Positions 55,538 to 64,000 of a stretch of DNA of 64,000 nucleotides are shown in pieces. The stretch's first letter is position 1. Every line of letters begins with the position of its first letter. Position numbers and translations under genes: made by a program. Source of the DNA: an uncultured Pirellulales bacterium (GTDB lineage: Bacteria > Planctomycetota > Phycisphaerae > Sedimentisphaerales > CAYZTY01); assembly GCA_964444665.1 (NCBI GenBank), contig CAYUIE010000008.1, forward strand, positions 17,163 to 81,162, read 5' to 3'. The notes below the pieces were generated by a model, which saw only the letters and a list, made by a program, of their open reading frames with translations, searched no databases and was not told the origin of the DNA.

Positions 55538-58420
55538 ATGACAGCTAAAGAAAACCAAAAAGCGATAAGAATCACAGCAGCCTCAGAACATAATCTGAAA
55601 AATATCAACCTGAGTATCCCACGTGATAAGCTGGTGGCGATAACAGGAATAAGCGGCTCGGGTAAAAGCTCTCTTGCTTTTGATACGATTTATGCCGAGG
55701 GGCAGCGAAAATACGTAGAGTCGCTCAGCGCATACGCGCGGCAGTTTCTCGAGCAGATGCAAAAGCCCCAGGTGGAGCACATCGAAGGTCTGCCGCCAAC
55801 GATAGCAATCGAACAGCGAAGCTCGGCCAGCAATCCACGTTCGACGGTGGCAACAACAACCGAGATTTATGATTATTTTCGGCTTCTTTACGCGCGGGTA
55901 GGCCAACCACACTGTTGGGTGTGCGGACACCAGATCACAAGCCAGCATTCAACACAAATTGTGGATGCGATACTTGGCTATCCCGAGGGAACAAAGATAC
56001 AAATATGTGCACCGTTGATTCGAGGGCAAAAAGGTGAGCACAAAGACATCTTTCCCAGAATACAGCGAGAAGGTTTTGTGCGGGCGCGGGTGGATGGCGT
56101 AATTTACGATGTAAAGAGCCCCCCTCTTCTGGAGAAGAACAAGAAACACGATATCGCGGCGGTGGTGGACCGGCTGATAATCAAGGACTCTATTCACGTT
56201 CGCCTGGCGGACTCAGTCGAGACGGCCCTGAAGGTGGGAGACGGACTGATTTTGCTGATGGTCCAGCAGCCCGGTGGGCAAGCAGCAGACGGGTGGCAGG
56301 AGGTTATTTACAGCGAAAAATACGCCTGTCCCGAACATCCGCAGGCTTCTTTAGAAGAACTCTCGCCGCGTCTGTTTAGCTTCAATAGTCCTTACGGCGC
56401 CTGCAAGAGCTGTGATGGATTGGGCACAATTCTTGAGTTCGACCCGGATTTGATTGTGCCCGACAAAAGCATTTCATTGAAGAACGGGGCAATCGACGCC
56501 TGGCGTAAAGGCGGCAAGAGGATGAACATATTCTATAACCGGCTTATTAAGAGGTTCTGCAGGAATTTTGGTCTGAGCAGCTCCATCCCATTCGAGAAAA
56601 TCGGCGCTAAGCAAAAAAGAATCCTGATGTACGGGACGAATGACGAAAATGAAGAAACTTACGGAACCTGGTTCGAGGGTGTAATACCAAACCTGGACAG
56701 AAGATGGCAGAGCACAACCAGCGAGTATGTCAAGGCCAGGTTGCACAGCTATCTTTCAGAACAACCCTGCCGAAGCTGTAAAGGAACCAGGCTCCGTCCG
56801 GAAGCCATCGCAGTAACCATCGGCGATAAGAGCATAAGTCAACTTACGAAACTCAGTATCGAAAAGGCCCAGAAGTTTTTCAATAACCTGGAGCTGGACA
56901 GAGAAAGGTCCATAATCGCAGTCCAGCCTTTGAAAGAGATTAAGGCCCGGTTGAAATTTATGGTGGACGTTGGGCTGGACTATCTGACTCTGGACCGCCG
57001 AAGCGGTACTCTTTCAGGCGGCGAGGCGCAGCGAATCCGCTTAGCCACTCAGGTTGGCAGCGGATTAGTCGGAGTCTGCTACGTGCTGGACGAGCCAACA
57101 ATTGGACTGCATCGAAGAGACAATGAACGGCTCCTCGGTATTCTGAGGCGACTTGTGAAAATCGGCAACACCGTTATCGTCGTTGAGCACGATGAAGACA
57201 TTATCAGAAACGCCGATTACATAATAGATATAGGCCCGGCCGCAGGCGCTCACGGAGGAGAAGTTGTCGCCGAGGGCTGTTGGGATGATATTGTAAAGAG
57301 TGAACGTTCGATTACAGGCAGTTACCTGAGCGGCAGGAACAGGATTGAGCTGCCGCCTGCAAGACGTAAAACCAATTTGCGAAATTGTATCGAAGTAAAA
57401 GGTGCCGCTGAACACAATCTTAAGAATATCGACGTTAAGTTTCCTCTGGGTGTATTTTGCTGTGTAACGGGTGTTTCTGGTTCCGGCAAAAGCACACTTG
57501 TTACACAGATATTGCTGCGTGCCCTGCGGCGCAGGCTCTACAGCTCGCGTGAGAAGCCGGGCAGGCACAAGAGTATTCTCGGGACATCTCGAATCGATAA
57601 GGTAATAGAAATTAACCAGTCTCCCATCGGCCGAACGCCACGGAGTAATCCCGCCACGTACACAGGCGTCTTTGACCTGATAAGACGGCTCTTTGCGCTG
57701 ACACGTGAGGCAAAGATTCGGGGTTATAAGCCGGGCCGATTCAGTTTCAATATTAAGGGTGGCCGATGTGAGTATTGCCAGGGCCAGGGCACAAAGAAGA
57801 TTGAAATGCACTTTCTGCCGGATGTCTATGTGGTCTGCGAGCAATGCAAAGGTAAAAGATACAATCCCGAGACACTGCAAATTACCTACAAAGGCAAAAA
57901 TATCGCAGACGTGCTGGATATGCGTATCGAGAAGGCGCTTGACTTTTTTGCAAATTTTCCGAAGGTTGTTCGTCTTCTAAAAGCCCTGAATGATGTAGGT
58001 CTTGGATATATGCAATTGGGTCAAAGCTCAACGACGCTTTCAGGCGGAGAAGCACAGCGGGTGAAACTTGCGACCGAACTGGGTAAGCCTGCAACCGGCC
58101 ATACACTGTATCTGCTCGATGAGCCAACGACAGGCCTGCACTTTGCCGATATTCACAACCTCCTGAATGTACTGCAAAGACTATGTGATATGGGTAATAC
58201 GGTCATTGTTATCGAACACAATCTCGATGTTATCAAGATGGCTGATTATATAATAGACCTGGGCCCGCAGGGCGGAGATGCAGGCGGTAAAATCATCGCC
58301 CAGGGCCTGCCGGAAGAAATAATAAAACGCAAACGAAGCTACACGGCAAAATACCTGAAGCAAAAATTAGCCTCAGAGAACAATAAAAAAACCACAAAAA
58401 AAAGAGTAAGGAGAAAGTGA
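55538..58420 (+). CDS. uvrA: Excinuclease ABC subunit A
   Basis: Start set at MTAKENQKAIRI. GISGSGKSSLAFDTIYAEGQRKYVESLSAYARQFL, LSGGEAQRIRLA, GVSGSGKSTL, LSGGEAQRVKLA, Zn-module cysteines. Confidence 0.93.
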   Translation: MTAKENQKAIRITAASEHNLKNINLSIPRDKLVAITGISGSGKSSLAFDTIYAEGQRKYVESLSAYARQFLEQMQKPQVEHIEGLPPTIAIEQRSSASNPRSTVATTTEIYDYFRLLYARVGQPHCWVCGHQITSQHSTQIVDAILGYPEGTKIQICAPLIRGQKGEHKDIFPRIQREGFVRARVDGVIYDVKSPPLLEKNKKHDIAAVVDRLIIKDSIHVRLADSVETALKVGDGLILLMVQQPGGQAADGWQEVIYSEKYACPEHPQASLEELSPRLFSFNSPYGACKSCDGLGTILEFDPDLIVPDKSISLKNGAIDAWRKGGKRMNIFYNRLIKRFCRNFGLSSSIPFEKIGAKQKRILMYGTNDENEETYGTWFEGVIPNLDRRWQSTTSEYVKARLHSYLSEQPCRSCKGTRLRPEAIAVTIGDKSISQLTKLSIEKAQKFFNNLELDRERSIIAVQPLKEIKARLKFMVDVGLDYLTLDRRSGTLSGGEAQRIRLATQVGSGLVGVCYVLDEPTIGLHRRDNERLLGILRRLVKIGNTVIVVEHDEDIIRNADYIIDIGPAAGAHGGEVVAEGCWDDIVKSERSITGSYLSGRNRIELPPARRKTNLRNCIEVKGAAEHNLKNIDVKFPLGVFCCVTGVSGSGKSTLVTQILLRALRRRLYSSREKPGRHKSILGTSRIDKVIEINQSPIGRTPRSNPATYTGVFDLIRRLFALTREAKIRGYKPGRFSFNIKGGRCEYCQGQGTKKIEMHFLPDVYVVCEQCKGKRYNPETLQITYKGKNIADVLDMRIEKALDFFANFPKVVRLLKALNDVGLGYMQLGQSSTTLSGGEAQRVKLATELGKPATGHTLYLLDEPTTGLHFADIHNLLNVLQRLCDMGNTVIVIEHNLDVIKMADYIIDLGPQGGDAGGKIIAQGLPEEIIKRKRSYTAKYLKQKLASENNKKTTKKRVRRK

Positions 58421-58467
58421 CAACAGGTTGATTGATTTTGTTATAAAGTAATATAATAGGAGTACTC

Positions 58468-58620
58468 GTGATACGTTATACTGATTCGCTGGAAAATCTA
58501 TATGGCATAAGCCTGATGTGTGATAAAGAACTGCAACCTTTTTACGTCCGCTTCGGAATGTCACCCGGCACGGGTATGAATATCCGAAACTATGAAAGAC
58601 AAGCGGGAGATGATGGCTGA
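58468..58620 (+). pseudogene. Fragment resembling the C-terminal end of a GNAT acetyltransferase (50 codons)
   Basis: GTG preceded by AGGAG. Translation ...LMCDKELQPFYVRFGMSPGTGMNIRNYERQ resembles GNAT C-terminal beta strands; no N-terminal acetyl-CoA-binding part. Confidence 0.35.
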
Positions 58621-58665
58621 TGATATACAGTGGTTGGCTTGTCTTCCGCTAAAATATGGATTGAT

Positions 58666-58770
58666 ATGCTCAAATTTTCGAAAACAACTGAATATGAACC
58701 GGGAATAGTATTCTCGCTTTTATCGCAGAGCTTTGTGGAATTTTGGAACGAAGACGCGAATCATGATTGA
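58666..58770 (+). pseudogene. 34-codon ORF resembling a truncated N-terminus of an acetyltransferase-like protein; stop overlaps the mtnA start
   Basis: MLKFSKTTEYEPGIVFSLLSQSFVEFWNEDANHD*. Its TGA at 58768-58770 overlaps the mtnA ATG at 58763. Confidence 0.25.
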
Positions 58771-59821
58771 GACGCTAAAATGGGTTGGTGGTATTGATGG
58801 GTATCTGGAGCTCATCGACCAGCGTAAGCTGCCGGGCGAGTTTGTAAAATTGCAGTGCCGAAATATCGAGCAGCTTTGTGCGGCGATAAAAACGCTCGCA
58901 CTAAGAGGAGCGCCGGCAATAGGAGTCGCGGCCGGTTACGGACTCTGTCTGGCAATGCAGGAAATAAAAGCATCGTCCAACTTGGAAAATATAATTTCTC
59001 ATCTAAATAAATCGGCCGAATATCTGGCAAAATCGCGGCCGACGGCAGTAAATCTGTTCTGGGCGCTTGAGAGGATAAAGAAATGCGCCGATAAGTTTGT
59101 TGCGGGGAAAAAAAACGCCACTTTAATCGAGTTACGTGAGGCGATTTTCACCGAAACCGAGGCCATATATAAAGAAGACGTTGATATGTGTGAAAGAATA
59201 GGCAGGAATGGAGAAAAATTTATTAAGACCGGTGGTAGTATTTTAACACACTGCAATGCCGGGGCGCTGGCGACGGCCGGCAAAGGAACAGCCCTGGCAG
59301 TACTTCTCGAGGCATATAAAAACGGTAAGAGATTTAAGGTTTACGTTGATGAGACAAGACCACTTCTGCAGGGGGCTAGGCTAACCTGCTGGGAGCTAAA
59401 ACAGACGGGGATTGATGTCATCCTTATTTGCGATAATATGGCCGGGTGGCTGATGAAGCAGGATAAAATCGATGCAGTGATAACGGGTGCTGACCGAATT
59501 GCCGTAAACGGTGATGCCGCAAACAAGATTGGAACCTTCAGTCTGAGCGTCCTCGCTAAAGAGCATAACGTACCGTTTTATATTGCAGCTCCCTCAAGCA
59601 CATTCGATTTGGAAATTGAAAACGGCGGCCAGATACCAATTGAGCAAAGGCCGGCAGAGGAAGTGAGGTCATTCGGCGGAATGGAAATCACACCTCCTGA
59701 TGTAGAGGTTTATAATCCCGCTTTTGACGTAACAGAGGCGCGGAATATAACAGCAATAATCACGGAAAAGGGCGTAATCGAAAAGCCGGACAGGGACAAA
59801 ATCCGTGAACATTTAAGGTAA
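58763..59821 (+). CDS. mtnA: S-methyl-5-thioribose-1-phosphate isomerase
   Basis: Start set at MIETLKW. LIDQRKLP, GAPAIGVAA, RPTAVNL, THCNAGALAT, DETRPLLQGARLT, GADRIAVNGDAANKIGT. Confidence 0.88.
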   Translation: MIETLKWVGGIDGYLELIDQRKLPGEFVKLQCRNIEQLCAAIKTLALRGAPAIGVAAGYGLCLAMQEIKASSNLENIISHLNKSAEYLAKSRPTAVNLFWALERIKKCADKFVAGKKNATLIELREAIFTETEAIYKEDVDMCERIGRNGEKFIKTGGSILTHCNAGALATAGKGTALAVLLEAYKNGKRFKVYVDETRPLLQGARLTCWELKQTGIDVILICDNMAGWLMKQDKIDAVITGADRIAVNGDAANKIGTFSLSVLAKEHNVPFYIAAPSSTFDLEIENGGQIPIEQRPAEEVRSFGGMEITPPDVEVYNPAFDVTEARNITAIITEKGVIEKPDRDKIREHLR

Positions 59822-59827
59822 CAAGAT

Positions 59828-61264
59828 ATGGCAGAGAACAAAACGGGCGAATTACAACAAGGCGGTCTGAGTGTCGAGGAAGAATCTCTTCTACGCTGGC
59901 GGCGACGAAACACGTATTATTACGAGTGGCTGGACAAAATCTATAAATTCGCTGTTCGGCCTAACAGCAGAGTCCTACACGTCGGCTGTGAGTGCGGAGA
60001 CCTTCTGGAGGCGGTTAAGCCGGCCTATGGCGTCGGGATTGATTCGAATGCGGAATTTATTAATCTGGCAAAAAAACGCTTCGGGCATTTGAATTTTTTT
60101 GTACAGGACCCGCACGAACTGGACCTTAACGAGAAATTTGACTATGTCCTTATATGCAATTCATTAGGCCAGTGGCACGATATTCAGCAGGTAATGGAGC
60201 GGATTCGGCCCTTAACCACAGAAAGAACGCGGATTGTAATAACCTATTACAATTATCTATGGGAAGGGATTTTACGATTAGGCTCACTACTGAGGATACG
60301 CCGGCCACATCCCTACCAGAACTGGCTGCCGCCCGGAGATATTTCAAATCTACTGACGCTGAGCGGCTTCGACGTTATTCGCTGCGATTCGCATTTACTG
60401 CTGCCTAAAAATATCTGGCTGTTGTCGGCTTTTTTCAATTATTTGCTTTCCCTGCTTCCCGGTTTTCGTTTCTACAACCTGGTAAACCTTATGATAGCCC
60501 GGCCGATGCCGGCGGCAAAACGAGACGAGGATTATTCGGTCTCGGTAATAATTCCCTGCAGAAATGAGCGGGGTAATATCGAAGAGGCGATAAAACGGGT
60601 CGGGCAAATGGGACGGGAAACAGAGATTATTTTTGTAGACGGCAACAGCACAGACGGAACGGCCGAAGAAATAGAAAATCAAATAAAGCAGCACCCGGAA
60701 CGTCAGATTCGCCTGGTTCATCAGGGCGATGGTAAAGGAAAAGGCGACGCAGTTCGCAAAGGTTTCGCGGCCGCAAAGGCAGATATATTTGTTATCCAGG
60801 ATGCGGACCTGACGGCGCCGCCGGAGGACCTGCCGAAATTCTTCAGGGCGCTGCGGGATGGCAAAGGTGAATTTATCAACGGCTCTCGACTCGTGTACCC
60901 GATGGAAAAGCAGGCGATGCGTTTCCTGAATCTTCTTGGAAATAAATTTTTTGGTGGACTGTTTAGCTGGCTGCTGAGCCAAAGATTCAGAGACACACTT
61001 TGCGGAACCAAAATGATTCGCAGAGAAGACTACGATTTGATAGCGGAGAATCGCAGTTACTTCGGCGATTTTGACCCATTTGGCGACTTTGACCTTGTTT
61101 TCGGGGCGGTCAAGCAAAACCTCAAAGTGGTTGAGGTGCCGGTAGGCTATCGTGCCAGGACTTATGGCGTGACAAATATCAGCCGGTTCTCACACGGCTG
61201 GTTACTCCTTAAAATGAGCTGGATAGCATTCAAGAAAATCAAGTGGTTGGGTAAGGCACATTAG
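59828..61264 (+). CDS. Fusion of class I SAM-dependent methyltransferase, TM linker and family 2 glycosyltransferase
   Basis: MT motif I RVLHVGCECGDL. TM segment LLSAFFNYLLSLLPGF. GT2 motifs VSVIIPCRNERGNI, IFVDGNSTDGT, VIQDADLT. Confidence 0.75.
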   Translation: MAENKTGELQQGGLSVEEESLLRWRRRNTYYYEWLDKIYKFAVRPNSRVLHVGCECGDLLEAVKPAYGVGIDSNAEFINLAKKRFGHLNFFVQDPHELDLNEKFDYVLICNSLGQWHDIQQVMERIRPLTTERTRIVITYYNYLWEGILRLGSLLRIRRPHPYQNWLPPGDISNLLTLSGFDVIRCDSHLLLPKNIWLLSAFFNYLLSLLPGFRFYNLVNLMIARPMPAAKRDEDYSVSVIIPCRNERGNIEEAIKRVGQMGRETEIIFVDGNSTDGTAEEIENQIKQHPERQIRLVHQGDGKGKGDAVRKGFAAAKADIFVIQDADLTAPPEDLPKFFRALRDGKGEFINGSRLVYPMEKQAMRFLNLLGNKFFGGLFSWLLSQRFRDTLCGTKMIRREDYDLIAENRSYFGDFDPFGDFDLVFGAVKQNLKVVEVPVGYRARTYGVTNISRFSHGWLLLKMSWIAFKKIKWLGKAH

Positions 61265-62599
61265 ATGAAAATAGACATCAGGGATATAATCCGAGCATTT
61301 TCAATTCTGGCAATATTTTTGGCCCTTTTAATTTATAGTTTCCGGCATTTTGGTATATCTTCTGAGGAGAGTTCGCAGCCTGCTGAGGAGCTTTCAACTA
61401 ACACAACTCCCGGTAGATGGCGGGCTGCAAACAATGCTTTTAAGAGTAATTTTGAAAACCTTGTCAAAGACCTGTCATCTTTACCTTATTTACAGGGATA
61501 CCATAAAGCCCCATTAAAACAAGGTGTAACAATATATGACTCGAATCTGGCGTATGACGGACTCAATTTTTACTGCTCCGGCCATGCCCCTGAAGCAGGA
61601 ATTATGGATATGAAGGGAAATATCCTGCATAGGTGGACATATAACTTTGAAGATATTCCTACAAAAAATCAATACGAACCTTCTCAGATGACAGCTTGTA
61701 CTCATTGGAGAAGAGTTCATCTATACGAGAATGGAGACATTCTTGCTATCCATGATAGTATAATGATGATTAAATTAGATAAGGATTCTAATCTCCTGGC
61801 TTTTGTCGATGGCGGTCTTCATCATCATATGCATGTGATGGAGAATGGGGATATATATGCATTACTGAGAAGAAAGAAAAAGATCCCATCGGTAAGTAAA
61901 TACGGGAAGGTTATTGAAGACCTTATTGTATGTATTAATCCAAACTGGGAAATAAGTGAGAAATATTCCTTGCTTGATAGTTTCAAGAATTCGTCCTATG
62001 CATACATACTAAAGAAAATACCTGCTGAAAATGAACTTTTTCATACCAATACTATTCAGGTGTTCGATGGAGAGCTGGCGCATATCTCCCCGTTATATAA
62101 AAAGGGGAATGCTTTAATCGCTGTTTTATTTCTGAACACTATTGCAATTGTCGACCTGGAGAAAAACAAGGTTGTCTGGGCTATAGAAGGCCAGGAGAAC
62201 GATTTATGGTCTGGCATGCATGAACCTGTACTCTTGAAAAACGGAAATATCCTAATCTTCGACAATAACAGCCGTGACCCGGGAATTAAAAGTCAATCCA
62301 AGGTCATCGAATTTAATCCTTTCACAAAAGAGATTGTATGGCAATACAAGGGAGATAAGCAGCATCCCTTTTATTCAAGGACATGCGGAACCAACCAAAG
62401 GCTTCCAAATGGAAACACTCTAATTACAGAATCCGATAATGGAAGAGCATTTGAAGTAACCAAAGACGGTAAAATTGTATGGGAATATGTAACCCCACAC
62501 AGAGCAGGCGAGAATAACGAATTAATAGCAACGCTGCTTCACGTGGATAGAATTGAATGGGATTCGGTCAAGTGGCTGACATTGGAACAGCAAAAATAG
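61265..62599 (+). CDS. Membrane-anchored arylsulfotransferase (ASST)-like beta-propeller protein
   Basis: N-terminal TM FSILAIFLALLIY. Repeated H-H/NG-hydrophobic propeller motifs (HHHMHVMENGDIY, LLKNGNILIFDN, RLPNGNTLITESDNGRAFEVTKDGKIVWEY). Family call from motif memory. Confidence 0.45.
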   Translation: MKIDIRDIIRAFSILAIFLALLIYSFRHFGISSEESSQPAEELSTNTTPGRWRAANNAFKSNFENLVKDLSSLPYLQGYHKAPLKQGVTIYDSNLAYDGLNFYCSGHAPEAGIMDMKGNILHRWTYNFEDIPTKNQYEPSQMTACTHWRRVHLYENGDILAIHDSIMMIKLDKDSNLLAFVDGGLHHHMHVMENGDIYALLRRKKKIPSVSKYGKVIEDLIVCINPNWEISEKYSLLDSFKNSSYAYILKKIPAENELFHTNTIQVFDGELAHISPLYKKGNALIAVLFLNTIAIVDLEKNKVVWAIEGQENDLWSGMHEPVLLKNGNILIFDNNSRDPGIKSQSKVIEFNPFTKEIVWQYKGDKQHPFYSRTCGTNQRLPNGNTLITESDNGRAFEVTKDGKIVWEYVTPHRAGENNELIATLLHVDRIEWDSVKWLTLEQQK

Positions 62600-62763
62600 C
62601 CGGCGCAAGAAACCTCGAATACCGTTTTGATGCATCTTGCAGAAGGTTATATTCCTTCTGAGAATATTCAGTTAAGCAGCAAACGCTTGTTAGAGTTTTT
62701 TGTGTTTTTGCACGAATATTAGTAGTACTTATATGAAAATTGCTATTACAGGGAACAATCAAA

Positions 62764-64000
62764 ATGAACAGTAAAGTTAAAGGTAACTTCATAATCCTTG
62801 CGGCTTGCGTCGGTTTATTTTTCTTACTTCTTTACAGTCTGTGGCATTCACCTACACATCCAGATTCGGAAACAGCAAATTCCGCCAAGTCGTCTTCAAC
62901 AGACGATACATCCTCAATTGAGGCGCTTAAGTCTCTGCCTTACGTGACCTGGGCACCAATAGATAAGAAAGATGTGGAAAAAACCGGTGTTACTAAACAC
63001 GACCCCAGTCTTTCATACAAAGGTATAAATTTGTACCACACCGAAAATAAAACCGGGGGATACTTTTTCGATATGAACGGGAATATTCTGCATACTTTCA
63101 TCGACAAAACCGAGGGGGCTTTCGAAAACGTTATAAATGAAAAACCTACCTGGTTACTCGTAGAACCATACTCAAGAGATTATTTTTTAGTCCTCGTAAA
63201 GCGCATAGCACTTATGATGATAGATTGGGATTCCAATATTAAATGGACAGTACGAGGTGTTTTTCATCATGATTTCGCAATTGCCGATAACGGCGATATA
63301 TACGCCTTAACATACAAAGATGTTATTGTGCCCGAGTACAGCCGTACGGAACAAATTAAAAATAACTGGCTGGTAATTTTAACGAAGGACGGAAAGATAA
63401 AGAAAGAAATACCCTTCTCAAAAATGTTATTTCAGAATAAAGACCTCTTCGAGATTGCAATGAAACGAGAGGATAAAAGAAATGATGGTGGTAAAGCCCC
63501 ATGGGATATTTTTCACACGAATTCAGTAGAGATAATTAATAGAGATATATTTGCAGGGAATAAGAAGTTATTTAAAAAAGGCGATGTTTTGTTCTGCATG
63601 AGGCATCAAAATCTTGTTGGAGTTATGGATATAGAGACAGAAAAAATTATTTGGAGCTGGGGCACCCACGACCTTGATTACCCTCACCACCCCTCCCTGC
63701 TGGGAAACGGCAATCTGTTGATTTTTGACAATGGATATCACAGAAAATACTCCAGGGTCATAGAACTAAATCCTGTCACAAAAGAAATCGAATGGGAGTA
63801 TAAAGGCAGTCCACCAGAATCATTTTTTTCACTAACAAGAGGTTCGGCCCAAAGATTACCAAATGGCAATACTCTTATAGCGGAGAGTGACAAGGGTCAT
63901 ATTTTTGAAATTACGGATGATAAAAAAATTGTTTGGGAATTCTACAATCCGGAAGTGCTCAAAAAAGAAAAGAAAAGGGCGACAATATATCGTATGATGA
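62764..64000 (+). CDS. Second ASST-like beta-propeller paralogue (3' end outside window)
   Basis: Not in the supplied ORF track because no stop is reached. I translated frame 1 from the ATG at 62764 to the window end without a stop. TM FIILAACVGLFFLLLY; HHDFAIADNGDIY, LLGNGNLLIFDN, RLPNGNTLIAESDKGHIFEITDDKKIVWEF parallel the upstream gene. Confidence 0.6.
   Translation, partial: MNSKVKGNFIILAACVGLFFLLLYSLWHSPTHPDSETANSAKSSSTDDTSSIEALKSLPYVTWAPIDKKDVEKTGVTKHDPSLSYKGINLYHTENKTGGYFFDMNGNILHTFIDKTEGAFENVINEKPTWLLVEPYSRDYFLVLVKRIALMMIDWDSNIKWTVRGVFHHDFAIADNGDIYALTYKDVIVPEYSRTEQIKNNWLVILTKDGKIKKEIPFSKMLFQNKDLFEIAMKREDKRNDGGKAPWDIFHTNSVEIINRDIFAGNKKLFKKGDVLFCMRHQNLVGVMDIETEKIIWSWGTHDLDYPHHPSLLGNGNLLIFDNGYHRKYSRVIELNPVTKEIEWEYKGSPPESFFSLTRGSAQRLPNGNTLIAESDKGHIFEITDDKKIVWEFYNPEVLKKEKKRATIYRMM

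Noticed and set aside
57065-57880. 271-aa minus-strand ORF
   Set aside because: Antisense to uvrA, whose frame carries unmistakable ABC ATPase motifs. No motifs of its own.
60395-61117. 240-aa minus-strand ORF
   Set aside because: Antisense to the methyltransferase-GT2 fusion gene, which has clear GT2 motifs in the plus frame.
1-64000. Scan for CRISPR arrays, tRNA/rRNA genes, tmRNA/SRP RNA signatures, integrases and classical defence genes
   Set aside because: None recognised by eye: no regularly spaced direct repeats, no tRNA T-arm/acceptor patterns in intergenic regions, and no recombinase or restriction-type ORFs. A covariance-model scan (tRNAscan-SE/Infernal) would be needed to exclude small RNAs formally.

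Overview
All calls come from reading the ORF translations and the DNA by eye; no searches or HMMs were run. This 64-kb chromosomal window is mostly housekeeping genes. Dockerin-tagged exoproteins, LamG-bearing pseudopilins, an LpxC-FabZ fusion and REP-like palindromes suggest a PVC-superphylum bacterium, possibly Planctomycetota/Phycisphaerae-like. That origin is an inference.

- **1-15.7 kb:** a type II secretion / type IV pilus-like operon (gspE partial, gspF, gspG, two small pseudopilins, a 752-aa LamG pseudopilin, a PilX/GspK-like protein, a PilM-PilN fusion, a PilO-like protein and a minimal 390-aa secretin). Three two-component genes follow, then tsaB on the opposite strand and a second 1026-aa secretin with a long coiled-coil N-terminus.
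- **15.7-31 kb:** aroC-aroA, a lipoprotein, a 1479-aa beta-helix surface protein, an S8 protease with a dockerin, and pyrR-pyrB-(DUF4139-like)-pyrC.
- **31-45 kb:** rnpB, a TPR lipoprotein, lspA, a bifunctional nuclease, valS, rho, coaE, a glycosyltransferase, dtd and dnaB.
- **45-64 kb:** bamA-skp-lpxD-lpxC/fabZ-lpxA plus an oxidoreductase, two cyclophilins flanking nfi, uvrA, mtnA, a methyltransferase-GT2 fusion and two arylsulfotransferase-like paralogs.

No tRNA, rRNA, CRISPR array or classical defence genes were recognised.

The most unusual observations:
1. valS contains an in-frame, motif-intact RayT/IS200-like HUH tyrosine-transposase module. It is bounded by two REP-like hairpins that are themselves translated.
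2. The RNase P RNA carries a 109-nt AT-rich hairpin with a 20-bp stem between P2(3') and P4(3').
3. The secretion operon encodes a giant lectin-domain pseudopilin, followed by a 470-bp noncoding gap.
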